A DNA stretch of 64,000 bases from an uncultured bacterium (GTDB taxonomy: Bacteria > Bipolaricaulota > Bipolaricaulia > UBA7950 > UBA9294): the NCBI GenBank assembly GCA_965370555.1, contig CBDUVB010000002.1:39467-103466 (forward strand). The letters run 5' to 3'. The number at the start of each line of letters is the position of its first letter. Position 1 is the stretch's first letter. Position numbers and translations under genes: made by a program. This document shows positions 27,896 through 37,754 of the stretch, piece by piece. The notes beneath the pieces are model-generated. The model did no database searches. It saw only the letters and a list, made by a program, of their open reading frames with translations, and was not told the origin of the DNA.

Positions 27896-28100
27896 TACCG
27901 ATCTAAAGAGGCTTGAGGAGATGACAAAACGCCTTGAAGCGAACGATCTCCCCCTAGAGGATGCACTATCGCTCTTCGAGGAGGCTCTCTCCCTCGCCAA
28001 GAAGATCAAGGACGAGCTCGACCGAGCAAGATTGAAGGTCACCCAGGTGATCGATGGGGCAAAGGAGGCCTTCTCGCTCCAGGATTTTGACCTCCAATAG
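27885..28100 (+). CDS. xseB: Exodeoxyribonuclease VII small subunit
   Basis: 71 aa; LEEALSLFEEALSLAKKIKDEL helical hairpin of XseB; overlaps xseA stop. Confidence 0.85.
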   Translation: MPIDTDLKRLEEMTKRLEANDLPLEDALSLFEEALSLAKKIKDELDRARLKVTQVIDGAKEAFSLQDFDLQ

Positions 28101-28112
28101 ATCTCATTTATA

Positions 28113-29066
28113 ATGGTACCCGTCATGAAAGAACCGATAGAATACGATATTGTGATCATCGGGGCTGGCCCTGCAGGGCTGACCGCCGCAATCTACGCCG
28201 GGCGCGCCCTCCTCAAAACACTCGTTATCGAGAAGGGTCTTCCCGGGGGCCAGTTGAACGAGACCGACTACATCGAGAACTTCCCCGGCTTCGAGGAGAA
28301 GATCGCCGGACAGGAACTGATGAGCCAGATGCGCGGTCAAGCCGAACGGTTCGGCGCTGAGATCGCCCTCGATGAGGTAAGTGGGATCGAGTCCGTGGAT
28401 GGCCGGTACCGAATCAAAGGGATGGGAAAGGAGTACGCGGCACGTGCGGTGATCATAGCGAGCGGATCACACCCGCGCGAGCTTCCGATCGACGGAGCGA
28501 AGCGCCTCAAGGGAAAGGGTGTCTCCTACTGCGCCACGTGCGACGGTTATTTCTTTCAAGGGAAGAAGATCCTCGAGATCGGAGCGGGTGACTCCGGCCT
28601 GACCGAGGCGATCTTCCTCACCAAGTTTGCAGAGTCAGTGGGGATCGTGATCCGCCATCCTCAGGATGATCCGCACGCCCTGCGCGCCTCGCCGATCATG
28701 CGCAAAGAGGCGCAGGAGAACCCGAAGATCCATTTCCTGTGGAACAAGGTGGTGGAGAAGATCGTGGGCGAGGATCGTATCACCGGCGTCACCTTGAAGG
28801 ACCTCGGAACCGGGAAGCTTGAAGAGGTCGAGACAGAGGGGCTGTTCGTCAACATCGGGCACATTCCCGACACCGGTTTCCTACGTGGAACGGTGGCGCT
28901 CGACGAACAGGGGTATGTCATCACCGACGATCATCTACAGACCAATCTATCCGGCGTCTTCGCCGCGGGAGACGTCCGCATCGGAACGAGCCGTTACGCC
29001 CAGGCTGTCATTGCTGCTGGTGACGGGGCGATCGCTGCCATCGAAGCCGAAAAATACCTGTCTTAG
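28113..29066 (+). CDS. trxB: Thioredoxin-disulfide reductase
   Basis: 317 aa; FAD GxGxxG IIGAGPAG, redox-active CATCDG, NADPH site. Confidence 0.9.
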   Translation: MVPVMKEPIEYDIVIIGAGPAGLTAAIYAGRALLKTLVIEKGLPGGQLNETDYIENFPGFEEKIAGQELMSQMRGQAERFGAEIALDEVSGIESVDGRYRIKGMGKEYAARAVIIASGSHPRELPIDGAKRLKGKGVSYCATCDGYFFQGKKILEIGAGDSGLTEAIFLTKFAESVGIVIRHPQDDPHALRASPIMRKEAQENPKIHFLWNKVVEKIVGEDRITGVTLKDLGTGKLEEVETEGLFVNIGHIPDTGFLRGTVALDEQGYVITDDHLQTNLSGVFAAGDVRIGTSRYAQAVIAAGDGAIAAIEAEKYLS

Positions 29067-29078
29067 GAGGAAGAAATT

Positions 29079-30716
29079 ATGTATCCGACGTTAAATGAGA
29101 TCTTTGATCGCTCCGTTGCCTCGCACAAGGAAGCGATCGCTCTGCGTATGTTGATTCCAAAAGAACGGAAGAAGGGGCGCGGAATCCAGTTGGTCCTAAA
29201 CGAGATTTCCTACAACCGCCTGGGCGAAATGGTCGCCCGCCTCGCTGGTGCCCTTGACAAGCTCGGGGTGAAGAAAGGGGACAAGGTTGCGCTTATCTCC
29301 AAGCCGCGCGTCGCGTGGGCAACCGCCTTCTTCGCGATCCTCCGCTGCGGGGCGGCTGTCGTTCCACTCAACCCCGAGCTACAGCAGAAGGAGATCGAAC
29401 GGATTCTCACCGAGGCTGAGGTAAAGAGCGTCATCATCTCCGGGCTGAAGAGCGACGATCTCCTGGCGATAAAGGAACAATCTCTCTCTCACCTCACCCT
29501 GATCTCGATGGACCATCCCGAGAAAGAGGGAGTCCTCTTCCTCGATGCTCTCCTCCTCGGACGCAAGCCGCTCCCCACGGTGGAGGTGAGTCCGGACGAC
29601 CTCGCCATCCTCATGTACACCTCGGGGACGACAGGAAACGCTAAAGGGGCGATGCTCCTCCACCGCAACATAAGTTCAAACGTCATTACCGCCGTTAAAA
29701 CCGTCGATTTAGTCTCGAGCGACACGTTCCTCACAATCGTCCCATGGCACCATATCTACGGACTGACAGTCACTCTCATTACGCCGATCCTCGCTGGAGC
29801 GACGACGTCCTATGCCCCAGTCGACCGCAATTTGGCCCAGGTGATGTTGAAGGCACGTCCGACGATCCTCCTCGGAGTTCCCAAGCTGTACAACGTCCTC
29901 TACGGAAAGGTGATGACCTCGATCGAGGGCAGCTTATTGAAGAAGTTAATCTACAAACTCTCCCCTACCCTGATGGGCAAACTAGTCACGAAGAAACTAT
30001 TTGGGAAGGACTTCCGTTTCTTCACCTCGGGCGGCGCACCGCTGAGCCCCGAAATCGAGACCGGTTTCCGGAAGATGGGGATTGGGATCATGGAGGGGTA
30101 CGGCCTTACCGAGACTTCTCCGGTCCTCACTATGAGCGAAGCATTCGCCAAGGAACCGGGGATGACCGCCTTCGATGAGGTCAGTATACGCATCGACCGC
30201 CCAGATGAGAAAGGGATCGGCGAGGTAGTTGTGAAAGGTCCAAATATCATGGCCGGATATTACAAGAACCCCGAAGCGACCAACGAGGTGATCGATACAG
30301 AGGGGTGGTTCCACACCGGCGACCTTGGCTCTTTCAAAGGAGATAGGCTCCTCCTCTCCGGACGCGCGAAGAACGTGATCGTCCTCGACACGGGAGAGAA
30401 CGTCTACCCCGAAGAGGTCGAGTTTGAGCTTGTGGCCATTCTCGCGATCGAGGAGATCATGGTCTACCAGGGGGAACGCCAGGGGAGCCCAGTTGTATCA
30501 GCGATGATCTACCCAAATTGGACGATCCTCAAGGGTCTGGAGATCACCACCCCCGAGGCTGCGATCGACCATATTTGGGAGGAAGTCAAGGAGAAGAACG
30601 AAAACATCGCTATGTTCAAACGGATCAAGAGCAAGGACCTCATCGCCCTCGTCGACGAGCCCTTCGAGAAGAGCGTCAAGCTCGATATCAAGCGGTATAA
30701 ATACAGCAAGGTATAA
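29079..30716 (+). CDS. AMP-dependent acyl-CoA synthetase/ligase (long-chain fatty acid--CoA ligase-like)
   Basis: 545 aa; AMP-binding motif MYTSGTTGNAKGAML, GYGLTE, and C-terminal lysine region. Confidence 0.85.
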   Translation: MYPTLNEIFDRSVASHKEAIALRMLIPKERKKGRGIQLVLNEISYNRLGEMVARLAGALDKLGVKKGDKVALISKPRVAWATAFFAILRCGAAVVPLNPELQQKEIERILTEAEVKSVIISGLKSDDLLAIKEQSLSHLTLISMDHPEKEGVLFLDALLLGRKPLPTVEVSPDDLAILMYTSGTTGNAKGAMLLHRNISSNVITAVKTVDLVSSDTFLTIVPWHHIYGLTVTLITPILAGATTSYAPVDRNLAQVMLKARPTILLGVPKLYNVLYGKVMTSIEGSLLKKLIYKLSPTLMGKLVTKKLFGKDFRFFTSGGAPLSPEIETGFRKMGIGIMEGYGLTETSPVLTMSEAFAKEPGMTAFDEVSIRIDRPDEKGIGEVVVKGPNIMAGYYKNPEATNEVIDTEGWFHTGDLGSFKGDRLLLSGRAKNVIVLDTGENVYPEEVEFELVAILAIEEIMVYQGERQGSPVVSAMIYPNWTILKGLEITTPEAAIDHIWEEVKEKNENIAMFKRIKSKDLIALVDEPFEKSVKLDIKRYKYSKV

Positions 30717-30721
30717 GATAC

Positions 30722-30991
30722 TCAACGGATGGAGAACCCATCTATAGGATCTGTTTCCTCCCAATTGATATCGACACTCGCCACCTCGGCTCGAACTGGG
30801 CCGAGGTGACTCCATTCAACGAGGGCACGGACCGCTTCTGCATCCCCCTGCGCCACGATCTCCACTCGCCCATCGGGAAGGTTTCTCACCCACCCGACAA
30901 GGCCCAGGGATCGCGCCTCCCGTTGCGTATCCACGCGGAAGAAGACCCCCTGGACACGGCCGGAAACGAACAGATGCACTCGCTCAGTCAT
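30722..30991 (-). CDS. acyP: Acylphosphatase
   Basis: 89 aa; [11 protein letters not shown] and [12 protein letters not shown] signatures. Confidence 0.85.
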   Translation of the reverse strand: MTERVHLFVSGRVQGVFFRVDTQREARSLGLVGWVRNLPDGRVEIVAQGDAEAVRALVEWSHLGPVRAEVASVDINWEETDPIDGFSIR

Positions 30992-31061
30992 TATTCACCG
31001 TGGAGAGGGGAAGATTAAGATTGAGTGATTTAACTTACCGATCATCCGATCTCCTGATCAT

Positions 31062-32372
31062 TCAATCTTCCGATCTCTCAATTTCCTTTGCCCTGTTGAT
31101 CCTTTCCAGCCTCTTGGCCAGATCTTTCTCCAGACCCCGACCGGTCGGTCGATAGTAGCGCCGTCCTTTTAGTGAAGGAGGGAGACACTTCATTGAGGCG
31201 ACACCCGTCTCGAAGTCATGCGCGTATTGGTAGCCCTTGCCATAGCCAAGGCCCTTCATCAACTTTGTCGGGGCGTTCCGCAGGTGAAGGGGAACAGGCT
31301 CGTTCGGCTGGCTTTGCACATCCTTGCGCGCCTCCCCGAATCCGACGTAGAGGGCGTTGCTCTTCGGCGCACAGGCAAGGTAGACCGCAGCCTGCGCTAA
31401 GGCGAGGTCGCACTCGGGTAAGCCGATTGCATCCACCGCCTCCCGCGCGGCAAGGGCCGTATTCAGCGCCTGTGGATCAGCAAGGCCGACATCCTCCGAA
31501 GCGATGCGGATCAACCGTCGTGCGAGAAAGCGCGGATCCTCCCCCGCCTCGATCATCCGCGCCAACCAATAGAGCGCGGCATCAGGGTCGGAGTTACGGA
31601 TTGACTTATGGAGTGCCGAGATCAGGTTGTAGTGCTCCTCCCCGGCCCGGTCGTAGTTGAGGCCCTTTCGTTGCACCGCCCGCTCGATAAGTGGAACGTC
31701 TATTGTTGTCCCCGTCGCGATCGCACTCGCAAGCTCAAGGGTGGTGAGCGCACGGCGGGCATCCCCATCGGAGAGAGCGACAAGGGCGCTTTCCGCCTCA
31801 TTCGTCAGCGTGTATCGTTCGCTTAGGCCCCGCTCCTCCTGAACGGCACGCTGCAGCACCGCGCGCATCGCTCCTGGAGGGAGAGGGGAGAAGCAGAAGA
31901 GCTGGCAGCGCGACAGAAGGGCCGCATTGAGCGCGAACGAGGGATTCTGCGTCGTCGCGCCGATGAAGATGACACTCCCTGCTTCGAGGTAGGAGAGGAG
32001 GACATCCTGCTGTGAGCGGGTGAAGCGATGGATCTCATCGAGGAAGAGGAGGTCGCGCTTCCCCTCAAGCTCGTGGCGCTCCCGCGAGCGTTCGAGAGCG
32101 GCTTTGACCTCCTTCACCCCGGAGAGGGCGGCCGAGAGGTGGACAAAATGGGCGTGTGATCGACGGGCAATGATCTTACCGACCGTGGTCTTCCCGGTTC
32201 CTGGCGGCCCCCAGAAGAGGAACGAGCGATAGGCCTCCCTCTCAATTAATGTGCGAAGGGATGCCCCCTTCCCCAGGATTGTTCCCTGACCCTCGATCTC
32301 ATCGAGGTCGGCCGGCCTCATCCTCTCCGCTAGGGGAGCCTCCCCCGGCTCACCAAACTGAAGGCGGTTCAT
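31062..32372 (-). CDS. rarA: Replication-associated recombination protein A (MgsA/RarA AAA ATPase)
   Basis: 436 aa; Walker A GPPGTGKTT, Walker B LFLDEIHRF, C-terminal MgsA helical domain. Confidence 0.9.
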   Translation of the reverse strand: MNRLQFGEPGEAPLAERMRPADLDEIEGQGTILGKGASLRTLIEREAYRSFLFWGPPGTGKTTVGKIIARRSHAHFVHLSAALSGVKEVKAALERSRERHELEGKRDLLFLDEIHRFTRSQQDVLLSYLEAGSVIFIGATTQNPSFALNAALLSRCQLFCFSPLPPGAMRAVLQRAVQEERGLSERYTLTNEAESALVALSDGDARRALTTLELASAIATGTTIDVPLIERAVQRKGLNYDRAGEEHYNLISALHKSIRNSDPDAALYWLARMIEAGEDPRFLARRLIRIASEDVGLADPQALNTALAAREAVDAIGLPECDLALAQAAVYLACAPKSNALYVGFGEARKDVQSQPNEPVPLHLRNAPTKLMKGLGYGKGYQYAHDFETGVASMKCLPPSLKGRRYYRPTGRGLEKDLAKRLERINRAKEIERSED

Positions 32373-32902
32373 GCTTCACCAGCGCGATTCGTAGCACGTT
32401 CAAGGAGATCGATGTAAGCTCCCTGAACCAGATAGGCTTCTTCAATACCTAACTTCGCCATGATCTCCCGTGCGACCTTCTCCCCGCGTTCCACGGACTC
32501 TCCCTGATCGAGCACAACCTCAAGCTCCAGGAATGATCCTAGCCCTTCGACCGCGTCCAGGTGTATTCTCGTCTTTCCCACTCGGTAGAGCAATCTGCTC
32601 TTCCGCACGATTCCGCGTAGCCCTAAAGCGTTTGCAAGGACAGCATGGAGCGCAGCTGGATTCGTCGTCTCGGCGACCAGGTAGTGCGATGGCTTCGGTT
32701 CGTAGGTATCCTCTCGATCGTAATAGATCAGTTCTCCTCGCTCGGGAGAGAGGGTACGCAGCTTCAGCCGCCCCTTCGGCACGGGAAAGAACGTATCTTC
32801 CTGATGAATCTCCTCGCAAGGGGCATCGCTGATCGCCTCGATACGGTCGCGCAAGGCATCGACGTCCTTGACCCGTGCCTTGATCTCGACATTCATCGCC
32901 AT
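32369..32902 (-). CDS. CYTH-domain protein (class IV adenylate cyclase / CyaB-like triphosphate tunnel enzyme)
   Basis: Start placed at ATG 32902 (MAMNVEIKARV, RBS AGGAG 6 nt upstream); EIK...E motif, then RLKLRTLSPERGELIYYDRED; the 100-aa N-terminal extension of the ORF-track call is low-complexity and unsupported. Confidence 0.65.
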   Translation of the reverse strand: MAMNVEIKARVKDVDALRDRIEAISDAPCEEIHQEDTFFPVPKGRLKLRTLSPERGELIYYDREDTYEPKPSHYLVAETTNPAALHAVLANALGLRGIVRKSRLLYRVGKTRIHLDAVEGLGSFLELEVVLDQGESVERGEKVAREIMAKLGIEEAYLVQGAYIDLLERATNRAGEA

Positions 32903-32925
32903 CGGCCACTCCTGTCCGCATCCAC

Positions 32926-34021
32926 TTAGCCCTTGCCTTTGCTGCCCTGCTCCAGGTACGCCTCGATGAACATGGTGATATCCCCATCGAGGACCGCGCT
33001 GACATTCCCTGTCTCCATCCCCGTTCGGTGATCCTTCACCATCTGGTAGGGATGAAGGACGTACGAGCGGATCTGGCTTCCCCACTCGATCTCTTTCAGG
33101 GTTCCTTGTATCTCCTCGATCTTCTTTGCTTCCTGCTCGCGTAAGAGCTCTCCCAGGCGGGCACGCAGGACCCGCATCGCTGTCTCCTTGTTCTGTCGTT
33201 GACTCCGTTCGTTCTGGCAAGAGACGACGACCTTCGTCGGAAGATGGGTGATCCGCACTGCCGAATCGGTGACGTTAACGTGCTGTCCTCCGGCACCGGA
33301 CGAACGGTAGGTATCGATACGGAGGTCTTTGGAATCGATCTCCAGCTCCTGTTCCTCGGTCACCGGAACGACGCTAACCGCAGTAAACGAGGTGTGTCGA
33401 CGGTGTGCCGAGTCAAACGGGGAAATTCGCACCAGGCGGTGCACCCCCTTTTCTCCCTTGAGCTTGCCGTAGGCGTAGTGCCCCTTGATCTCCAAGGTAG
33501 CGCTGCGAATCCCCGCCTCATCGCCCGAACTCACATCGAGGAGCGAAGTCTTATAGCCCGCTTGCTCGCAGTAGCGTCCGTACATGCGCAGGAGCATCTC
33601 AGCCCAGTCCTGGGAGTCGGTCCCCCCGGCACCGGCGTTAATCGAGAGGTAGCAATCCGCAAGGTCATAAGGGTCGGAGAAGGTGAGTTCGATCCTCAAG
33701 GCGCGCACCTTCTCCTCAAGGGAAGAGAGACGTGGTAAGAGGGCTTTTAACTCCTCCTCGTCAGTCATCTCCACGGCCATCTGATGGAGAACCTCCACCT
33801 CCTCGACACCCTCTGTCAGGGCACGGTAACGGGAGAGTATGGAGCGATTACGCTCCAGCTGGCGGCTCGCCTCGGTGGCACGCTCCCGATCCTCCCAGAA
33901 GCCCGGGGATGCCATCTCTTTCTCTAGGTCTGAAATCTCCGCTTCGATCCCAGCCGGGTCAAAGGTGATCACCGATCCTCGCGAGGACACTGCGCAGGTT
34001 TGAAAGTCTCTCTTCGTCCAT
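32926..34021 (-). CDS. prfB: Peptide chain release factor 2 with programmed +1 ribosomal frameshift
   Basis: Frame-0 ORF ATG(34021) MDEERLSNLRSVLARIGDHL stops at UGA 33959-33961 within CAC CTT TGA CCC; +1 frame continues DPAGIEAE... through SPF and GGQ motifs (RF2); SD-like AGGGGGAT precedes the ATG. Confidence 0.9.
33958..33964 (-). other. prfB: RF2 autoregulatory +1 frameshift site CUU UGA C
   Basis: Heptamer CTTTGAC at codon 21 of the frame-0 ORF; downstream frame encodes the rest of RF2. Confidence 0.85.
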
Positions 34022-34382
34022 TGATCCCCCTATTGGTTCGCGTTCTGATATCTTCTGCCACCGCTATTTGCACGAGTCAAGCATAACTGGATGCCCGATT
34101 GACACCAACTCCGCAATCAAACAGCCATCATCCCCTTTATAATCGGCCGCGCTCTCTACCTCAAGGAAAGAAGTCCTTCATGTTAATGCCCTGCCACCTC
34201 TCTGGAGTAGGGAAGTTCCACGGCGCAGCCAAACAGACTGAATGGGACGCAAGAATCACCACCCCGCTCTGGCGCGTCCGACTTGCACCGCACTAACTGC
34301 ACAGATACTATCAGAGTTGCAACGAGGATATGGTAGTGTATGGGGCGCCGGAGGGAGGTTGTCGCTACGTCATAATTGATGT

Positions 34383-34757
34383 ATGATGTATTCACGAAGC
34401 CATTGGAAGTTGGTCTACTACACCGATTCGGAAGGACGATGCCCTATTGAGGAGTTCATCGATGTGCTACCATCTGCAACCGAGAAGGGGCGGATGATGG
34501 CGCTGCTGCACTTACTTGAGGAAGAGGGGATTCACCTGCACCGGCCCTACGCAGATCTGCTGGAGGATGGGATCCATGAGTTACGAACGAAGGTTTCTAA
34601 GCTGCGGTATCGCGTTTTCTACTTCTTCTGGCAGGGCAATAGAATCGTCATCACGCACGGTATTACAAAGACCACCAAGCGCGTGCCACCCCGTGAGGTG
34701 AGACGGGCGAAGGCCTATCGAGACGACTGGCTGGCACGACACAGGAGTAAGATATGA
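34383..34757 (+). CDS. higB: Type II toxin, HigB/RelE-superfamily (Gp49-like, COG4679)
   Basis: 124 aa; WKLVYYTDSEGRCPIEEFIDVL...YRVFYFFWQGNRIVITHG pattern of Gp49/HigB toxins; precedes and overlaps the HTH antitoxin gene by 4 bp (toxin-first order typical of higBA). Confidence 0.6.
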   Translation: MMYSRSHWKLVYYTDSEGRCPIEEFIDVLPSATEKGRMMALLHLLEEEGIHLHRPYADLLEDGIHELRTKVSKLRYRVFYFFWQGNRIVITHGITKTTKRVPPREVRRAKAYRDDWLARHRSKI

Positions 34758-35107
34758 GGACGTTTAGAGACCATCTGGAGCGGGTGCTCAAAGACAAAGA
34801 GGTTGCGCGTAGCTACGAAGGGGAGTACAAGAAGCTGCGGATTGCCTACGAGGTTCACGCTGCCAGAATACACCTGGGCTGGACACAACAGCAGCTCGCC
34901 AAACGAGCAGGAGTGACTCAGCAGATGATCTCCCGCATCGAGAATGCAACCGTCCCCAACATCTCGCTGAAGACCCTCTCTTTTGTTGGGAAGGCTCTTG
35001 GCTTGGATGTGGGGTTTGTCCATCCAGCCGCACCATTCGGACCAACCACGGTCAAAAGGGGATTTGCCGAGAAGAAGATTGCAAAGAAGATCTCTGCGCA
35101 GCTGTAG
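34754..35107 (+). CDS. higA: HTH XRE-family antitoxin (HigA-like)
   Basis: 117 aa; helix-turn-helix LGWTQQQLAKRAGVTQQMISRIE. Confidence 0.65.
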   Translation: MRTFRDHLERVLKDKEVARSYEGEYKKLRIAYEVHAARIHLGWTQQQLAKRAGVTQQMISRIENATVPNISLKTLSFVGKALGLDVGFVHPAAPFGPTTVKRGFAEKKIAKKISAQL

Positions 35108-35149
35108 GCGTCCTGCTCATTTCTGCAACAGAGGGGCGCACATAGCAGC

Positions 35150-35345
35150 AATAGTTTGTGCCTCTCGCAAAGACGCAGAGAACGCCAAGAAAAACGTAAA
35201 TAGACAAAGAGAAAAAGATGTTTGGAACTCAAGAGTTATGGCCTTTCTTAGCAATCTTTGCGGCTTGAGTGAGTGTAACGAACGGGCGAGAGAAAAGGCT
35301 TATGACTCTCGCAAAGACGCAGAGAACGCAAAGGAAAAGCGGTAA
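35150..35345 (+). repeat. Intergenic repeat family: partial unit (35157-35196) plus full 85-bp unit (35260-35343) with GCGAGAG/CTCTCGC hairpin
   Basis: tgtgcctctcgcaaagacgcagagaacgccaag and ggcttgagtgagtgtaacgaacgggcgagagaaaaggcttatgactctcgcaaagacgcagagaacgcaaag; reverse-complement homologs at 15640-15860. Confidence 0.75.
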
Positions 35346-35496
35346 AATGTGGAAAGGAATAAGAACAAAAAGCATTTCTTGGCGACCCCGTACCTTACCT
35401 GGAGCGTGAGGAGCCAGAAGAACAGGAGAGTGTTAGCCCGACCAAGCCCCGACATCTGCCTGAGAGACGCCACCCGAAACTGAAGGAGGTACAGCC

Positions 35497-35769
35497 ATGA
35501 ACGAAGAGAAGATCCGAAGAGAGGAGTTTGTCATCAGCGGCGAGAAGCTTGTCTCGACGGTCAAGGAGCTGGTACGGCAAGGGAACATCCGCCGCGTCAC
35601 CATCAAGAATAAGGAAGGAAAGACCCTGATCGAAATCCCGCTGACATTCGGAGTGGTCGGAGCGCTCTTCTTGCCCACCCTGGCCGCCATCGGCGCAATC
35701 GCAGCACTTGTGACCGAGTGCACGATCGTCGTGGAGAAAGTTGAGGAGGATGAGAAGGACGAGGAGTGA
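35497..35769 (+). CDS. DUF4342-family small protein (paralog 1)
   Basis: 90 aa; EEKIRREEFVISGEKLVSTVKELVRQGNIRRVTIKNKEGKTLIEIPLTFGVVGALFLPTLAAIGAIAALVTECTIVVEK matches the conserved DUF4342 profile; RBS GGAGG upstream. Confidence 0.6.
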   Translation: MNEEKIRREEFVISGEKLVSTVKELVRQGNIRRVTIKNKEGKTLIEIPLTFGVVGALFLPTLAAIGAIAALVTECTIVVEKVEEDEKDEE

Positions 35770-35881
35770 AGCATAAGAAACACACTTGACAAAGTCGAGG
35801 CGAAATGCTTTCCTTAGAGAAGCTTAAGAAAGGGATCAAGTAGAATCTGGGAACCCTTTCATACAATACAGGAGGTGCACG

Positions 35882-36085
35882 ATGTGCAGTTATTTCGCGA
35901 TACTGGCGGCGATACCTGGTTTCTTTTTGAGCTCTTTCTTTCTCATGCTCTTCTCCAGGGTTATCGGCCCCCACTTCAATCAGCAACCGTTGGACTACAC
36001 GATGGCGATGTTGATCACCATCGCCCTGTGGGTGACCGTGGCGCCACTGGTGACAGCACGGCGTCGGAGAAGCTCTAAGGATTAG
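35882..36085 (+). CDS. Hypothetical small membrane protein (67 aa, 2 TM)
   Basis: RBS AGGAGG 6 nt upstream of ATG 35882; hydrophobic segments ILAAIPGFFLSSFFLMLF and MAMLITIALWVTVAPLV; lies between the two DUF4342 paralogs. Confidence 0.35.
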   Translation: MCSYFAILAAIPGFFLSSFFLMLFSRVIGPHFNQQPLDYTMAMLITIALWVTVAPLVTARRRRSSKD

Positions 36086-36536
36086 CCCGATTGGCTTAGT
36101 AAGAGCAGTCTATCACCGGGGAGCAGGATAGGAACAGAGACCTTGTGTCCCGCCCCCGGTGATGACGTCCGGCCGTAACCTCGTTTAGGTCTCTCGCAAC
36201 CGCCATTGAGGTGCACCGCTGGCTAGGACCAGGATTTGCCATTGTAAAGCCATATCTGAGAGCGATTGGGAAGGAGCACGGACTGCTTTCGAACTTCGCA
36301 AAGCCAACCCCAGAGGTAAAGCGGGTAATTCAGCGAGCCGTTTCTTCCCCGGTTTCCTAATGGCTCCGAGGGCTGTGGGTCAGCGGTTGAACCGAAGTCA
36401 GACTTGTCTGTACCCAGTCCTTCCAGGTTACCCACACCTGTTTACAGTAGGCAGGCCGAATAGCGAAGAAGCTTTTTGGGGAAATTGCTTCCGAACGAGC
36501 TGACTATGCCGTTCATCGACAGAAAGGAGACTCAAC

Positions 36537-36812
36537 ATGGATGAGGAGAAGATCCGAAGAGAGGAGTTCGTCATCAGCGGCGAGAAGCTGGTTTCCACGG
36601 TCAAGGAACTGGTGCGGCAAGGGAACATCCGCCGTGTCACTATCAAGAACAAAGAGGGGAAGACCCTGATCGAGATTCCACTAACATTCGGCGTGGTCGG
36701 AGCGCTCTTCTTGCCCACCCTGGCCGCTATCAGCGCCGTCGCAGCGCTTGTTACCGAGTGCATGATCGTTGTGGAGAAGGTTGAGGATGAGGATGAACCA
36801 TTTCAGGAATAG
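36537..36812 (+). CDS. DUF4342-family small protein (paralog 2, about 93% identical to paralog 1)
   Basis: 91 aa; identical to paralog 1 except a few substitutions and C-terminal acidic tail; RBS AAGGAG upstream. Confidence 0.6.
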   Translation: MDEEKIRREEFVISGEKLVSTVKELVRQGNIRRVTIKNKEGKTLIEIPLTFGVVGALFLPTLAAISAVAALVTECMIVVEKVEDEDEPFQE

Positions 36813-36956
36813 TTTGGCTGCTACCTGGGTAGCTATTGAGGAATCGCAAATATGGTCTCATACCGAGAAGATAAGGCTTGTGTCCCTAGAACGAACAGGA
36901 CTCTCAGCGCCGGAGTTGTCCCGGGTCGGGCATTACCTTGCCCAAGCTCCTCTGTG

Positions 36957-37754
36957 CTAAGTGACACGATACGGCATTGGGCTGCTATCTTTGTCGAATC
37001 TTTCTATTCGAATCTTTTCCGAGCCGAAGCCGCCATCCTGCATGCGACTTTCAACCTGGATTAAGGAGAAGTCACGGATATTGGAGTTCGCGGAACTCTT
37101 CAGCTCCGCCAGTCGCCACTCGATTTCCTTTGTCATGCCGCCAGAAGCATACGAGAACTTCACAATACAATACGATGGCCAGGTGTCCTGCCGAGCTACC
37201 TGCGACGATATAGGAAACTGCATTGGCTTGTTCTCGTAAGGCTGAATCGCCAAAGCTTGTCGTTTGTTGGGGGTACCCAACGTGTACGACTCTCCTGCCT
37301 CGGCAAGGAGTGCCCCGTCTTGAGTCACGAGCTTCACATCATAGCGGCGTGGCAGTATTTGCACCTCGCCTGGATTTCCAACAAGCGCGCGCACTTTAAA
37401 GCCCGGCATTGTGGGAGCTCGCTCCAGTGTAGCAGAATCAAGAACTGGAGTAGGTTCACGAGCTCTTGTCAGCAGCGTTTGGGTCGCTTCCTGCAACGAG
37501 GCAAGCTTCCTTTGGACCTCAAGGGAACCTTGGTGGATGACGTTGCTTCGCTCAAGCACTTCCGTTTGGCGTAGCTGAATATCGCGAAGCCGGATGTAGA
37601 CAGCTGTCAGGATAACTGTGAATCCCGCAGTTAGCCCCGAGAAGCCTTCGGTGCTTTCTCCGCGAATCACCTGTACCAAGCCAAAGATCGCAATTAGTGT
37701 CCCTATGACCCATAGAATCTGGCTCAACTTGCGTGTGTTCTCGCTACGTTCCAC
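36957..37754 (-). CDS. Hypothetical N-terminally membrane-anchored protein
   Basis: 265 aa; N-terminal TM ILWVIGTLIAIFGLV and second hydrophobic segment; remainder soluble with no recognisable motif. Confidence 0.4.
   Translation of the reverse strand: MERSENTRKLSQILWVIGTLIAIFGLVQVIRGESTEGFSGLTAGFTVILTAVYIRLRDIQLRQTEVLERSNVIHQGSLEVQRKLASLQEATQTLLTRAREPTPVLDSATLERAPTMPGFKVRALVGNPGEVQILPRRYDVKLVTQDGALLAEAGESYTLGTPNKRQALAIQPYENKPMQFPISSQVARQDTWPSYCIVKFSYASGGMTKEIEWRLAELKSSANSNIRDFSLIQVESRMQDGGFGSEKIRIERFDKDSSPMPYRVT

Noticed and set aside
32903-33220. 100-aa N-terminal extension of the CYTH ORF overlapping prfB on the opposite strand
   Set aside because: Gly/Pro/Arg-rich low-complexity translation of the antisense strand of prfB; an internal ATG at 32902 with an AGGAG RBS gives a normal-length CYTH protein.
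35433-36763. Minus-strand ORFs 35433..35792 and 36428..36763 (Ser-rich, near-identical to each other)
   Set aside because: Antisense shadows of the two DUF4342 paralogs; Ser/Thr-rich low-complexity translation typical of reverse frames.
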